This document shows positions 45,101 to 53,989 of a stretch of DNA of 64,000 nucleotides, piece after piece. Under the pieces are notes generated by a model. That model worked only from the letters and a program-made list of their open reading frames with translations. It did no database searches and was not told where the DNA came from. The translations under genes were made by a program, and so were the position numbers. How positions within the stretch are numbered: position 1 is the stretch's first letter; each line of letters begins with the position of its first letter. This DNA comes from Candidatus Calditenuis fumarioli (GTDB lineage: Archaea; Thermoproteota; Nitrososphaeria_A; Caldarchaeales; Calditenuaceae), in contig JANVYR010000001.1 in NCBI GenBank assembly GCA_030059665.1, positions 39,203 to 103,202 on the forward strand, given 5' to 3'.

Positions 45101-46450
45101 TTGCCGAGGGGAAAGCGATATGTGTGGTTCCCGGATCTGGACCTGGAGTTGAGAGTCTTCGCGGACCTGCAGATCCACTCCAGGTACTCGGGAGCCACGT
45201 CGGGCAACATGAACCTGGACGAGCTGACGCACTACGCGGACCTGAAGGGGATAGACCTGCTCGGCACAGGGGACGCGCTACACCCGGCCTGGCTGAGGGA
45301 GCTGAGGGAGAACCTGGAGGAGGAGGCGCCGGGGATCTACCGGTACCGGCGTGGAGGGAGGGTCAGGTTCCTGGTCCAGACGGAGGTCGCGACGGTCCAC
45401 GAGCACGCGGGGAAGGTGAGACGGATCCACCACGTGATACTGATGAGGTCGCTGGAGGTCGCCGAGCAGCTCTCCTACGCCCTGAGAAGGTTCGGTGACG
45501 TTTCCTCCGATGGGAGGCCAGTGCTGAACGTCCATCCCGCGGAGCTCGTGGACGTGGTGCTTTCCACCGACAGCAGGTCCTACCTCTTCCCAGCCCACGC
45601 CTGGACTCCCTGGTGGTCCGTCTTCGGAGCGATAGGCGGGGTCGACAAAATCGAGGAGTGCTACGCCGACAGGTCGGACAGGATTCACGCCATCGAGACC
45701 GGCCTCAGCAGCGACCCGCCGATGAACTGGAGGGTGAGCTGGCTGGACCGCTTCCTGCTGCTGAGCTCATCCGACGCGCACAGCCCTTACCCCTATCGGC
45801 TCGGCCGCGAGATGGTGGTCTTCGAGCTGGGGGAACTCAGCTACGAGGAGGTCCTCAGGGCCCTGACGAGGTATCCCGGCAACTCGAGGGTCGTGATGAC
45901 GGTGGAGGTCCCTCCGAGCTACGGGAAGTACCACTGGTCGGGCCACAGGAGGTGCGGTGTGGGGCCGCTCCCTCCTGAGAAGGCGAGGGCGCTGAACTAC
46001 AGGTGCCCCAGGTGCGGCAGGAAGCTCACGAAGGGCGTCGAGGACCGGGTCGAGGAGCTCGCCGACAGGCCGCCGGGTTACAGGCCCGAGAACGCGGTGG
46101 ACTTCGTGTACGCGCTGCCGCTACAGGAGCTGATAGCGCTGTCGATGGGGGAGGACCCGACCGCCACTAACCTGATGTCGAAGAGGATCTGGGGCGAGTA
46201 CGTGAGGCTGGTGAACGCCTTCGGCAGCGAGGTGGAGGTCCTCCTGAGGGCACCGGTCGAGAAGGTGGCCGAGATCGGTGGCCCTCTGCTCGGCAGACTG
46301 ATCTCGATGATGCGGAGGGGTCAGCTCCAGGTGATTCCGGGGTACGACGGCGTCTACGGCAGGCTAGTTCTTCCGGAGGACCTGAGACCGGGGAGGGCGA
46401 GGCGCAGGTCGAGGGGCCCAGCTGACGGCCAGCTCGACGCGTTCGTTTAG
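45101..46450 (+). CDS. PHP-domain nuclease, candidate endonuclease Q (EndoQ)-like
   Basis: 449 aa. The N-terminal PHP motif is DLQIHSRYSGATS, with further His/Asp PHP ligands. There is a Cys4 zinc ribbon (CPRCGRKL with an upstream Cys pair) and a C-terminal helical region. This layout matches archaeal EndoQ. The track start is TTG and the true start is uncertain (a GTG/TTG within 20 codons). Confidence 0.55.
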   Translation: MPRGKRYVWFPDLDLELRVFADLQIHSRYSGATSGNMNLDELTHYADLKGIDLLGTGDALHPAWLRELRENLEEEAPGIYRYRRGGRVRFLVQTEVATVHEHAGKVRRIHHVILMRSLEVAEQLSYALRRFGDVSSDGRPVLNVHPAELVDVVLSTDSRSYLFPAHAWTPWWSVFGAIGGVDKIEECYADRSDRIHAIETGLSSDPPMNWRVSWLDRFLLLSSSDAHSPYPYRLGREMVVFELGELSYEEVLRALTRYPGNSRVVMTVEVPPSYGKYHWSGHRRCGVGPLPPEKARALNYRCPRCGRKLTKGVEDRVEELADRPPGYRPENAVDFVYALPLQELIALSMGEDPTATNLMSKRIWGEYVRLVNAFGSEVEVLLRAPVEKVAEIGGPLLGRLISMMRRGQLQVIPGYDGVYGRLVLPEDLRPGRARRRSRGPADGQLDAFV

Positions 46451-46456
46451 CCCACC

Positions 46457-48367
46457 TCAGTCGCCTGCGAGGTGGATTGAGTCCAGGTTCTTCGGCGCGT
46501 ATATCGAGGCCCCGGGCACGACCTTCCGTGCGACCGAGGAGATCGATCCGACCGCCTCCGGCTCGCCGTGGACGAAGACCAGGTTCCTCGGCTTCGGGCT
46601 GACCCGCTTCATGTAGGCGATCAGCTGCTGCCTGCTCGAGTGCCCGGAGAAGCCCTCGATCTTCTCGACCTGCATGCGAACCGTCAGCGGCTCGTACTTC
46701 CCCTCCTCGTTCATTATCTGGACCTCCCTCATCCCCTTCAGTATCTTCCGGCCGAGGGTACCCTCCACCTGGTAGCTCACGAAGAGGAGCAGGTTCCGCT
46801 CGTCGCCGCAGAGCTTCCTGAAGTAGGACAGCACCGGCCCTCCCTCCATCATGCCCGACGTCGCGAGGATCACCGCTGGCTCCCTCGACTCCAGGACCTC
46901 AGCCCTCTGCTGCGGGCTCCTCACCAGCGTGAAGTAGTCGGAGAGGAAGACGTTACCGACCTCAGCCATCTCCTTCTGCAGCCTCGGCGACATGTACTCG
47001 GGGAACATCATGTGGATGGCCGTCGACTCGATCAGGAGGCCGTCCGCGAATATCGGGACCTCCCTCAGCTTCTTCTCCTCGAAGAGCCTCCTGAGCACCA
47101 GCATCACCTCCTGGGCCCTTCCCACCGCCGGCACCGGCATCAGCACCTGACCTCCCCTCTCGACGGTGCGGGAGATGTGCTCGCCCAGCAGCCTCACCGC
47201 CTCCTCCCTGGTGTAGGGCACAGGCGTGGCTCCGTAGGTGCTCTCCATTATCAGCGTCTCCATCCGGGGGAACTTCGTCACCGCAGGCCCGAGCATCTCC
47301 GTCTCCTCGTACTTGAAGTCCCCGGTGTAGACCACGTTGTAGAAGCCCTCGTCGAAGTGGAGGTGGGCTATGGCGGAGCCTATGATGTGGCCCGCGTTGT
47401 AGAACGTGAGCCTGATGTCCGGGGTTATGTTGGTCACCACGCCGTACTTCAGGGTGGTGACGTACTGGGCCATCACCCTCACGTCGTTCTCGGAGTAGGG
47501 AGCCATCTCGCCCTCCTTCCCCATCAGGTTCAGGTAGTCCAGGTGCTCCATGATCATCAGCGGAAGCGTCGGCTCCGTCATGTACACCGGCCCCCTGTAC
47601 CCGTACTTGAACAGCAGCGGCAGAGCTCCGTGGTGGTCCATGTGGGAGTGCGTGATGACGACCGCGTCGAGCTCGTCTATCAGTTCAGGCCGCGCATCGA
47701 AGCGTGGGAAGGCCTCGGAGACCCTCGAGGCGCCTGCATTTATCCCTGCGTCGAGCAGGACCTTGCTCTCCTTCGTCTCCACGAGGACGCAGGAGCGGCC
47801 GACCTGTAGGCCTCCGCCGAGGAAGGTCAGCCGGACCTCGTTCCCCTGGAGGATCCTGTCCCGGAAGACCCGCTCGCCGATGGAGCGGAGGATCTCGAGC
47901 CTCTCGGATCCAGCGCCGTAGATGTACTTCCTGACCTTCTCCACCGTGGTGGAGGTCATCGGCGGCTCCCTGTTGACGACGACCACCCAATTGAGCCTCC
48001 GCTCGAGCTCCGAGATGACCGACTCGTCTATCGGGACCACGACGTCCCTCGTCTTTATCGTGAGCACCACCTCGCCCAGCTCCTCGTCTATCCTGAGCGA
48101 GTACTGGTGTCCGGAGAAGGCCTCCGCGACGGCCCTCTCCACTTCCTCCCGGGGTGCCCTGATGGACGGGTCGGGCCTGACGATCACGCGCTTCTTGATC
48201 AGGTTGACCAGCTCCCGCGCTATCCTGTTCCTTTCGGCGAAGACCTCCGGCCTGTCGGTGTATATCGCTATCCGGGGCCCCTCGAAGTCGAGCTTCGTCG
48301 CTACCCTCTGGCCGTTCCCGATCGTGGCTAGATACCGGAATATCTCGTCCCTGAGCGCACTGAACAT
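46457..48367 (-). CDS. Archaeal CPSF1 homolog (aCPSF1): beta-CASP / metallo-beta-lactamase ribonuclease with N-terminal KH domains
   Basis: 636 aa. Two KH-like N-terminal modules, an MBL HxHxDH motif (ITHSHMDHHG), and beta-CASP and RMMBL C-terminal motifs. Confidence 0.9.
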   Translation of the reverse strand: MFSALRDEIFRYLATIGNGQRVATKLDFEGPRIAIYTDRPEVFAERNRIARELVNLIKKRVIVRPDPSIRAPREEVERAVAEAFSGHQYSLRIDEELGEVVLTIKTRDVVVPIDESVISELERRLNWVVVVNREPPMTSTTVEKVRKYIYGAGSERLEILRSIGERVFRDRILQGNEVRLTFLGGGLQVGRSCVLVETKESKVLLDAGINAGASRVSEAFPRFDARPELIDELDAVVITHSHMDHHGALPLLFKYGYRGPVYMTEPTLPLMIMEHLDYLNLMGKEGEMAPYSENDVRVMAQYVTTLKYGVVTNITPDIRLTFYNAGHIIGSAIAHLHFDEGFYNVVYTGDFKYEETEMLGPAVTKFPRMETLIMESTYGATPVPYTREEAVRLLGEHISRTVERGGQVLMPVPAVGRAQEVMLVLRRLFEEKKLREVPIFADGLLIESTAIHMMFPEYMSPRLQKEMAEVGNVFLSDYFTLVRSPQQRAEVLESREPAVILATSGMMEGGPVLSYFRKLCGDERNLLLFVSYQVEGTLGRKILKGMREVQIMNEEGKYEPLTVRMQVEKIEGFSGHSSRQQLIAYMKRVSPKPRNLVFVHGEPEAVGSISSVARKVVPGASIYAPKNLDSIHLAGD

Positions 48368-48517
48368 GCTTGATCCATCACCACCGGATAGGGCTTAGCC
48401 CTGCCCGATCAGATGGAGGGCCGGTTATTAGCGTTTCTTCACGCTGCGGTCCCACGCGATCATCGGGTAGCACGGACTCTCAATTCCCATTCGCCGGATC
48501 ACGTTGCTATCAAATTC

Positions 48518-48622
48518 TGCCGGGGGTGGGATTCGAACCCACGACAACCGCGTCTCCCATCGAACCCGATTATGAGCGCGGCCCTGTGGCCGTGAGCCTC
48601 TGGCCAGCTGAGGTACCCCGGC
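48518..48622 (-). tRNA. tRNA-Met (anticodon CAU) candidate with a 17-nt anticodon-loop intron and an extra 14-15-nt insertion between D-arm and anticodon stem (possible second intron)
   Basis: Minus-strand sequence:
- Acceptor gccgggg/ccccggc.
- D-arm cctc-agctggcca-gagg.
- Anticodon stem ccgcg/cgcgg with a perfect elongator-Met loop cuCAUaa, interrupted by about 17 nt.
- T-arm gtggg-ttcgaat-cccac.
Total about 105 nt. The 14-15 extra nt after position 26 are unexplained, so the structure is provisional. Confidence 0.5.
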
Positions 48623-48748
48623 CGATCAGGAGTTCCTCCGACCCTACTCATTAACTTACACTGGACCGAACTCCGACCACCAGCACGCGGAGCCGTGTTC
48701 GGGGCATGAGGAGTCGCCGCCTGGTCACGGCCCGGTGAAAGGCGCGCC

Positions 48749-50212
48749 TCAAGGAGCCCTCCTTTTCGGTGACAGCAGCTGCAAGATGAACGCTCCCTGC
48801 CCCGCAGCCAGCAACGCGCCGAAGGTCAGCAGAGCAGCAACGCCCTCGGAGCCGACGGGCAACGGATAAGCCCTGCGGGGCGCGCCGAGGGAACCCATGA
48901 AGGCCATCGTGTAGAGGAGCCCGAGGGCCGCGACGGCCGTGAGCACTATGTGGGCGTATGCCAGCTTCGGGTTCTCCGGCCTCCCGAAGAGCAGCCTGTA
49001 GCTGTGGTAGAGCGCACCGATCCAGATCAGGGTCACGGCGATCAGGATCGTCATCAGGTGGGCCGTGGCCGCGTAGGTCCCGTGAAGCCTGAAGGCCCAT
49101 CCGATCGTGCCGAGCTGCATCGCGAGAAAACCGTCAGCTATGTAGACGCCGAAGCCGAGCATGGCCGCGAGGACCGCAGGCGTCAGCCGCAGGCCGAAAA
49201 CGTAGGACGTTGCGAGGACGTTGAAGACGGAGAAGGCCGCACCGAACCCCGTCAGCCAGCTGGCGACCTGTCCCGTGTAGCTAAGCCCCTGGGGCTGGGA
49301 GGTGGGCATCGTGAACAGATGGTGGGGGAAGGCCATGATCGCTGCTGTGGAGTAGAAGACGATCGCGAAGAGCCCGAGCTTCTCGCTGAAGAGCGTCCTC
49401 GCCCTCTGCTCCTCCGAGGCCGTGTAGCGCGGGATCAGCCAGTAAACGGTTCCGAGCGCCATTATCCCCATGGCCTCCATCAGGTTGTGGGCGAATATCC
49501 AGAACGGGTAGTTGAAGTTCATGGGTGTAAGAGCCCAACCGATGGAACCCAACGGGACGATGCCGACGAGCGCCAGGCCGATCGCGACCGCACCAACTGT
49601 GATCGCCGCACCGAGGGGAGGCAAGATGAAGACGTAAGGGAGCATCCCGGCCATCCCGGAGGGGTTGAGCGTTCCCATGAACCTCTCGAGGACGAGGGCC
49701 TCCTGCGTCTTGCCTCCGAAGACGAGCCGCGCCAGCGCAGCCGGGTAGAGGGCCACCACCACCGCGAGCACGAGAACCACTCCCCAGACGAAGACGGTCA
49801 ACCCCTCCATCGACCAGAGGCCTTTGAAGACGCCGACCGCCGGCAGCGGGAACATCAGGGTGTAGCTGGTCCTGACGCCGAGGCCGAGGACAGACGCCGC
49901 TATCATCAGCATCCCCAGGTTCAGCAGGACGTATGATGCCTTGACCAGGAGACCCTTCACCGGTTTGCCGTAGCAGAATCCAGCCCTCAGCAGCGAGAGG
50001 CCCATCATCAGCTGGAAGAGGCCGCCGAAGGTCATGACGGTCCCGTGGAAGGTGAGAAGCGTGTTGTATTCCGGTATCCTCAGCAGACCGGTGGCGTGGG
50101 CCAGGACCATCAGCAGCCCAGCGGTGCCGCCGGCGAGGAACCAAGCCAGCGAGGTCAGCACCATCAGCCTCGGATACCTCGTCAGGTCCTCCAGTTTCAC
50201 GCCGGCCTCCAC
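48749..50212 (-). CDS. Heme-copper oxidase subunit I (B-family-like, compact)
   Basis: 487 aa with about 12-13 TM helices. Conserved His ligands are present (FPHHLFT, HNLMEAMG region). Confidence 0.8.
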   Translation of the reverse strand: MEAGVKLEDLTRYPRLMVLTSLAWFLAGGTAGLLMVLAHATGLLRIPEYNTLLTFHGTVMTFGGLFQLMMGLSLLRAGFCYGKPVKGLLVKASYVLLNLGMLMIAASVLGLGVRTSYTLMFPLPAVGVFKGLWSMEGLTVFVWGVVLVLAVVVALYPAALARLVFGGKTQEALVLERFMGTLNPSGMAGMLPYVFILPPLGAAITVGAVAIGLALVGIVPLGSIGWALTPMNFNYPFWIFAHNLMEAMGIMALGTVYWLIPRYTASEEQRARTLFSEKLGLFAIVFYSTAAIMAFPHHLFTMPTSQPQGLSYTGQVASWLTGFGAAFSVFNVLATSYVFGLRLTPAVLAAMLGFGVYIADGFLAMQLGTIGWAFRLHGTYAATAHLMTILIAVTLIWIGALYHSYRLLFGRPENPKLAYAHIVLTAVAALGLLYTMAFMGSLGAPRRAYPLPVGSEGVAALLTFGALLAAGQGAFILQLLSPKRRAP

Positions 50213-50213
50213 G

Positions 50214-50765
50214 TCACACCACCCTGAACTTCGATGCCATCGCGGAGTGGCCGTCGCCGCAGTACTCGAGGCACCTCACCGTGTACTCTCCTGGTTCCCT
50301 CAGCTCGAGGACGATCTCCTCGGTCATACCAGGCATCAGCATGACCGTTGCGAGCAGCTCTCCCTTCGGCGAGTAGACGGCAAACGCGTGGATCGCATCG
50401 AGGCTCCTGGCGACGAACTTGACGACCCCGGTTCTGAGCTCGTACGCGTCCAGCCTGTAGCCCCACATGAAGGCCTCCACCTGGACGACCTGCGTGGGCT
50501 CCTGTTGCGTCGAAACCGCTGTCTGGGCCTGGATCCAAGGTATCCACTGGATGCTGACCAGGTTGATCGCGGTCCACGTCAAGCCGATCGCTATCAACCA
50601 TACCACCTCCGCGGCCCTGATGAGGCGCTCGTTCTCCCGCAGTCCCTCCGCTGAAGCTCGCTTCCCCCTCCTCACCGAGAGCAGGAACAGCGCGACGAAT
50701 ACCACTAGGAAAGGTGCCGTGAGGTAGACGAAGATCAGGACCGCGCCGGCACCTGTGCCCATCAT
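50214..50765 (-). CDS. Heme-copper oxidase subunit II (CuA cupredoxin domain)
   Basis: 183 aa. An N-terminal TM helix and a CuA site CLEYCGDGHSAM (H...C.E.C...H..M). It precedes subunit I with a 1-nt gap. Confidence 0.8.
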   Translation of the reverse strand: MMGTGAGAVLIFVYLTAPFLVVFVALFLLSVRRGKRASAEGLRENERLIRAAEVVWLIAIGLTWTAINLVSIQWIPWIQAQTAVSTQQEPTQVVQVEAFMWGYRLDAYELRTGVVKFVARSLDAIHAFAVYSPKGELLATVMLMPGMTEEIVLELREPGEYTVRCLEYCGDGHSAMASKFRVV

Positions 50766-50783
50766 CGCCAGACCCTTTTCCCC

Positions 50784-50799
50784 GTCAATATATAGCCGT
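50784..50799 (-). promoter_or_regulatory. Putative TATA box for the coxB-coxA operon
   Basis: The minus-strand sequence ggctatatattgacgg is centred about 27 nt upstream of the coxB ATG. Confidence 0.45.
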
Positions 50800-51010
50800 T
50801 ATACTGGAATTAGGCTGCAATAAGACCACCAAAAAGGGAACCGCAGCGACGGGCTGTTCGCCTAGGGACCACCACAGAGCGGGCCGGTTAGCTCCACGAG
50901 GAGAGGACGGTCCATCGAGACGGCGCGAGCGGAAAGGTCAGGGACGCGTCTGCTGGGTGGCATCGGTGGGAAGACGCGCGTTAAACGCTTAAATCAAATG
51001 CGCTGGGGAT

Positions 51011-51586
51011 GTGGGTGTGAGCCTGAACCTGAAGGTGACGACGATAATGAACCGCGACATAGCAGCGGTCGATGCGGACAGCACCGTCGAGGAGGCTGCG
51101 AGGGTGATGGCGTCCCGGAACATCGGTGCTATCGCGGTGAAAAGGGGAGGAGAGATCGTGGGGATCATGACCGAGCGGGACGTTCTGAAGCGCGTGGTGG
51201 CGGCCGGTAGGGATCCGAGGACGACGCGGGTGGAGGAGGTGATGAGCAGCCCTCCGATATCGGTGGACTCGAACGCCACGGTGGGAGAGGCCGTCGACCT
51301 GATGAACAGGAGGGGAATAAGGAGGGTCTTCGTCAGGGAGGGCGGAAGGATCGTTGGGATCTTCACCCAGCGCGACGTGCTCGCCCTGATGAGGGTCTGC
51401 CTCTACTGCCTCGGGGAGATAATCCGTACGCCCGGCGCTCCGAGCTCAGGCCTCATCGGCTGCAGGTGCGGTGCCCTCTACCACGCAGACTGCGCCAGAA
51501 CGGTGGTTTACTGCATCGACTGCGGATCGAAACTGGTCGAGCTCGTCGAGTACACGTCACCTGAAGACACGATGGCTGCCGACTGA
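51011..51586 (+). CDS. CBS-pair domain protein with a C-terminal Cys-rich zinc-ribbon
   Basis: 191 aa. Two CBS motifs (IMNRDIAAVD...GAIAV; VMSSPPISVD...RRVFV), then CLYCLGE...CRCG...CIDCG. The start is GTG; an ATG at codon 13 (MNRDIAAV) is an alternative. Confidence 0.65.
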   Translation: MGVSLNLKVTTIMNRDIAAVDADSTVEEAARVMASRNIGAIAVKRGGEIVGIMTERDVLKRVVAAGRDPRTTRVEEVMSSPPISVDSNATVGEAVDLMNRRGIRRVFVREGGRIVGIFTQRDVLALMRVCLYCLGEIIRTPGAPSSGLIGCRCGALYHADCARTVVYCIDCGSKLVELVEYTSPEDTMAAD

Positions 51587-51597
51587 GGGGGCGATCG

Positions 51598-52398
51598 ATG
51601 GACTTCGAGATCCCCTTCTTTTTCTATCACCAGGGGAGGAGGTTAGCGACCGTCTCGATTGAGCTGATGAGGCCGGTCCGGAACCTCGGAAGGGTGCTCG
51701 ACGCGCTTGAAAGTTCAGGCATCTCGGTGCTCGGGCTCACCAGCTGGTTGCCGTCCGGTGACTCGGAGTGCGTGGGCTTCCTGATGGTGGTGGACACGAC
51801 AGGACACGGAAGCGATCCGGGTGAGCTGGTCAGGAAACTCTCCGAGCTCCCTGGGGTCACTAACGTCAGGATCTGGCGCTCCGGGATCGACGGTTTCGCG
51901 GCGATGACGCCGAACGGCTTCCCGACCTTCATCGGCGAACGGGTGTACGTCATGCCATCGGTCGTCTTCAAATCCATCTACCACGCTCTGTACAGGAGCC
52001 ACGGAAAGACCCTCTTCGTCATCCTTTACCTCGCAGGAAAGGCAACGGGCGAGAGGGCAGCCGAGCTCAGATCCCTCTTCATGGATCAGGAGGCGGAGCC
52101 ACTCGAGTCGCTGGTCGCGATCCTCAAGGTGCTCGGCCCTCCGCTGGGAGTCCTAAGGGACGTCGAACGTTTGGAAACGAATGGAGACGTCACGAGGCTG
52201 ATGGTCGAGGATCTGGCGGACTGCGTGGCTCTGAGGGAGCTGAGCCCAAGAGCTCCGACAGGTCACTTCCTCCGCGGGTTCATCGAGGGCTTCATGCGGT
52301 CGCTCGGCGAACCGGTCGAGGTCTTCGAGACGGAGTGCATCAACCTCGGACACCCGAGCTGCGAGTTCGAGCTGAAGCGCACCGGTGTCCACAGCTGA
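51598..52398 (+). CDS. ACT-like + V4R (4-vinyl reductase) domain protein, putative small-molecule-binding regulator
   Basis: 266 aa. The C-terminal ETECINLGHPSCEFELK is the V4R signature. The N-terminal ~80 aa are ACT-like. Confidence 0.55.
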   Translation: MDFEIPFFFYHQGRRLATVSIELMRPVRNLGRVLDALESSGISVLGLTSWLPSGDSECVGFLMVVDTTGHGSDPGELVRKLSELPGVTNVRIWRSGIDGFAAMTPNGFPTFIGERVYVMPSVVFKSIYHALYRSHGKTLFVILYLAGKATGERAAELRSLFMDQEAEPLESLVAILKVLGPPLGVLRDVERLETNGDVTRLMVEDLADCVALRELSPRAPTGHFLRGFIEGFMRSLGEPVEVFETECINLGHPSCEFELKRTGVHS

Positions 52399-52452
52399 TC
52401 CATTGGACTGGAGAAATGAGAAGAGGCGGACAACAAAATCGCCTTCTCGATT

Positions 52453-53925
52453 TCAGAACTGATACCTCTCCCTGAGGGCGTGGTACAGGTCGAGGTCCGA
52501 GACCACCTCATCGACCGGTGCGGGGTCGAGCTCCCTCGGATCCGATATGCGGCCGTTGATGGCGGATGCGGCGGCGGTCGCTGGGCTAGCCAGGTGGGTC
52601 CTGGCGTTGGGGCCCTGACGGTGCTCGAAGTTCCTGTTCGACGTCGAGACGCACCTCTTACCCGGCTCAACCCTGTCGCCCGGAGCCATCGCGATGCAGT
52701 AGCTGCATCCGGAGTTCCTCCACTCGAACCCAGCCTCGATCAGCACCCTGTGGATGCCGAGACGCTCCGCCCACCTCTTCGTTACCATCGATCCCGGAAC
52801 GACCACTGCCTTGACCCCTGGAGCCACCCTCCTCCCCTTCACGAGACGGGCCACCTCTATCAGGTCCGAGAGCCTCGCGTTGGTGCACGAGCCGATGAAG
52901 ACCACGTCAACGGGCGTCTCCGAGATCTTCTGGCCCGGCCTCAGGCCCATGTACTTCAGAGCCCTCTCCACCGAGACTCTCTGCGCCGGATCGGCGAAGT
53001 CCTCGGGCGATGGCACCTCCTCCGTGACGCCCACCGTCTGGGCCGGGTTGGTGCCCCAGGTGACCTGAGGCTCGATCCGGGAGACGTCGAACTCGTGCCT
53101 CTTGTCGTAGACCGCGTCGTTGTCGGTCCTGAGCTGGGCCCAGTACCTCACCGCCTCCTCCCAGTCCTCGCCCCTCGGTGCCAGCGGCCTCCCCTTCAGG
53201 TACCTGAGCACCTTCTCGTCAGGGGAGATTATCGCGGTCCTCGCGCCCCCCTCGATGGACATGTTGCAGAGGGTCATCCGGTCGTCGACGCTCATCCTTT
53301 CGACCGTCTCGCCGGTGAACTCCATCACGTGCCCGATGCCTCCTCCTGTCCCGATGCTGCGGATCACGTAGAGGATCACGTCCTTGGCAGACACGCCCTC
53401 CCTCATCTGCCCCCTCAGCCTGATCTCCATCTTCTTGGGCTTCTTCAGCCAGAGCGTCTGCGTCGCGAAGACGTGCTCGCCCTCGCTCGTCCCGATCCCG
53501 AAGGCTAGGGCACCGAAGGCGCCGTGGGTGCTGGTGTGGGAGTCGCCGCAGGCCACGGTCAGACCCGGGAGCGTGAGGCCGAGCTCCGGCATGATCACGT
53601 GAACGATCCCCTGGTAAGGGCTGAAGTAGTCGAACAGCGTTACGCCGAACTCCCTCGCGTTCCTCTTGAGGGCCTCCATCTGGGCCGCCGACATCTCGTC
53701 CGTCACGGGCAGCGTCCTGTCGTAGGTCGGGACGTTGTGGTCCATCACCGCGAAGGTCAGGTCCGGCCTCCTCACCTTCCTCTTAGCGGCCCTCAGCCCC
53801 TCGAAGGCGATCGGAGAGGTGACCTCGTGCGTGTAGTGGCGATCTATGTACAGGAGGGTCATGCCGTCCTCGCGCTCAGCCAGGGCGTGTGCGTCCCAGA
53901 TCTTCTCGAAGACCGTCCTTCCCAC
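52453..53925 (-). CDS. Aconitase-family dehydratase large subunit (3-isopropylmalate dehydratase LeuC-like / homoaconitase-like)
   Basis: 490 aa. Fe-S cluster cysteines (GSCTNARLSD; CSYCIAM) and the LeuC large-subunit layout. No small subunit is adjacent. Confidence 0.8.
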   Translation of the reverse strand: MGRTVFEKIWDAHALAEREDGMTLLYIDRHYTHEVTSPIAFEGLRAAKRKVRRPDLTFAVMDHNVPTYDRTLPVTDEMSAAQMEALKRNAREFGVTLFDYFSPYQGIVHVIMPELGLTLPGLTVACGDSHTSTHGAFGALAFGIGTSEGEHVFATQTLWLKKPKKMEIRLRGQMREGVSAKDVILYVIRSIGTGGGIGHVMEFTGETVERMSVDDRMTLCNMSIEGGARTAIISPDEKVLRYLKGRPLAPRGEDWEEAVRYWAQLRTDNDAVYDKRHEFDVSRIEPQVTWGTNPAQTVGVTEEVPSPEDFADPAQRVSVERALKYMGLRPGQKISETPVDVVFIGSCTNARLSDLIEVARLVKGRRVAPGVKAVVVPGSMVTKRWAERLGIHRVLIEAGFEWRNSGCSYCIAMAPGDRVEPGKRCVSTSNRNFEHRQGPNARTHLASPATAAASAINGRISDPRELDPAPVDEVVSDLDLYHALRERYQF

Positions 53926-53989
53926 GTCCTGCCTCTAAAAAAGAACCCTCCTAAAACCCTGTTGCTCGATCCGGGGCGGATGGGTTGCC

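Noticed and set aside
44233-45498. 421-aa plus-strand ORF spanning cysS and the EndoQ-like gene
   Set aside because: It overlaps two supported genes out of frame, and its RP-rich translation has no homology.
46568-47809. 413-aa plus-strand ORF
   Set aside because: Antisense to aCPSF1.
48950-49936. 328-aa plus-strand ORF and 287-aa minus-strand alternative frame inside the oxidase subunit I gene
   Set aside because: These are shadow frames of a clearly membrane-protein-coding region.
52480-53508. 342-aa plus-strand ORF
   Set aside because: Antisense to the LeuC-like gene.
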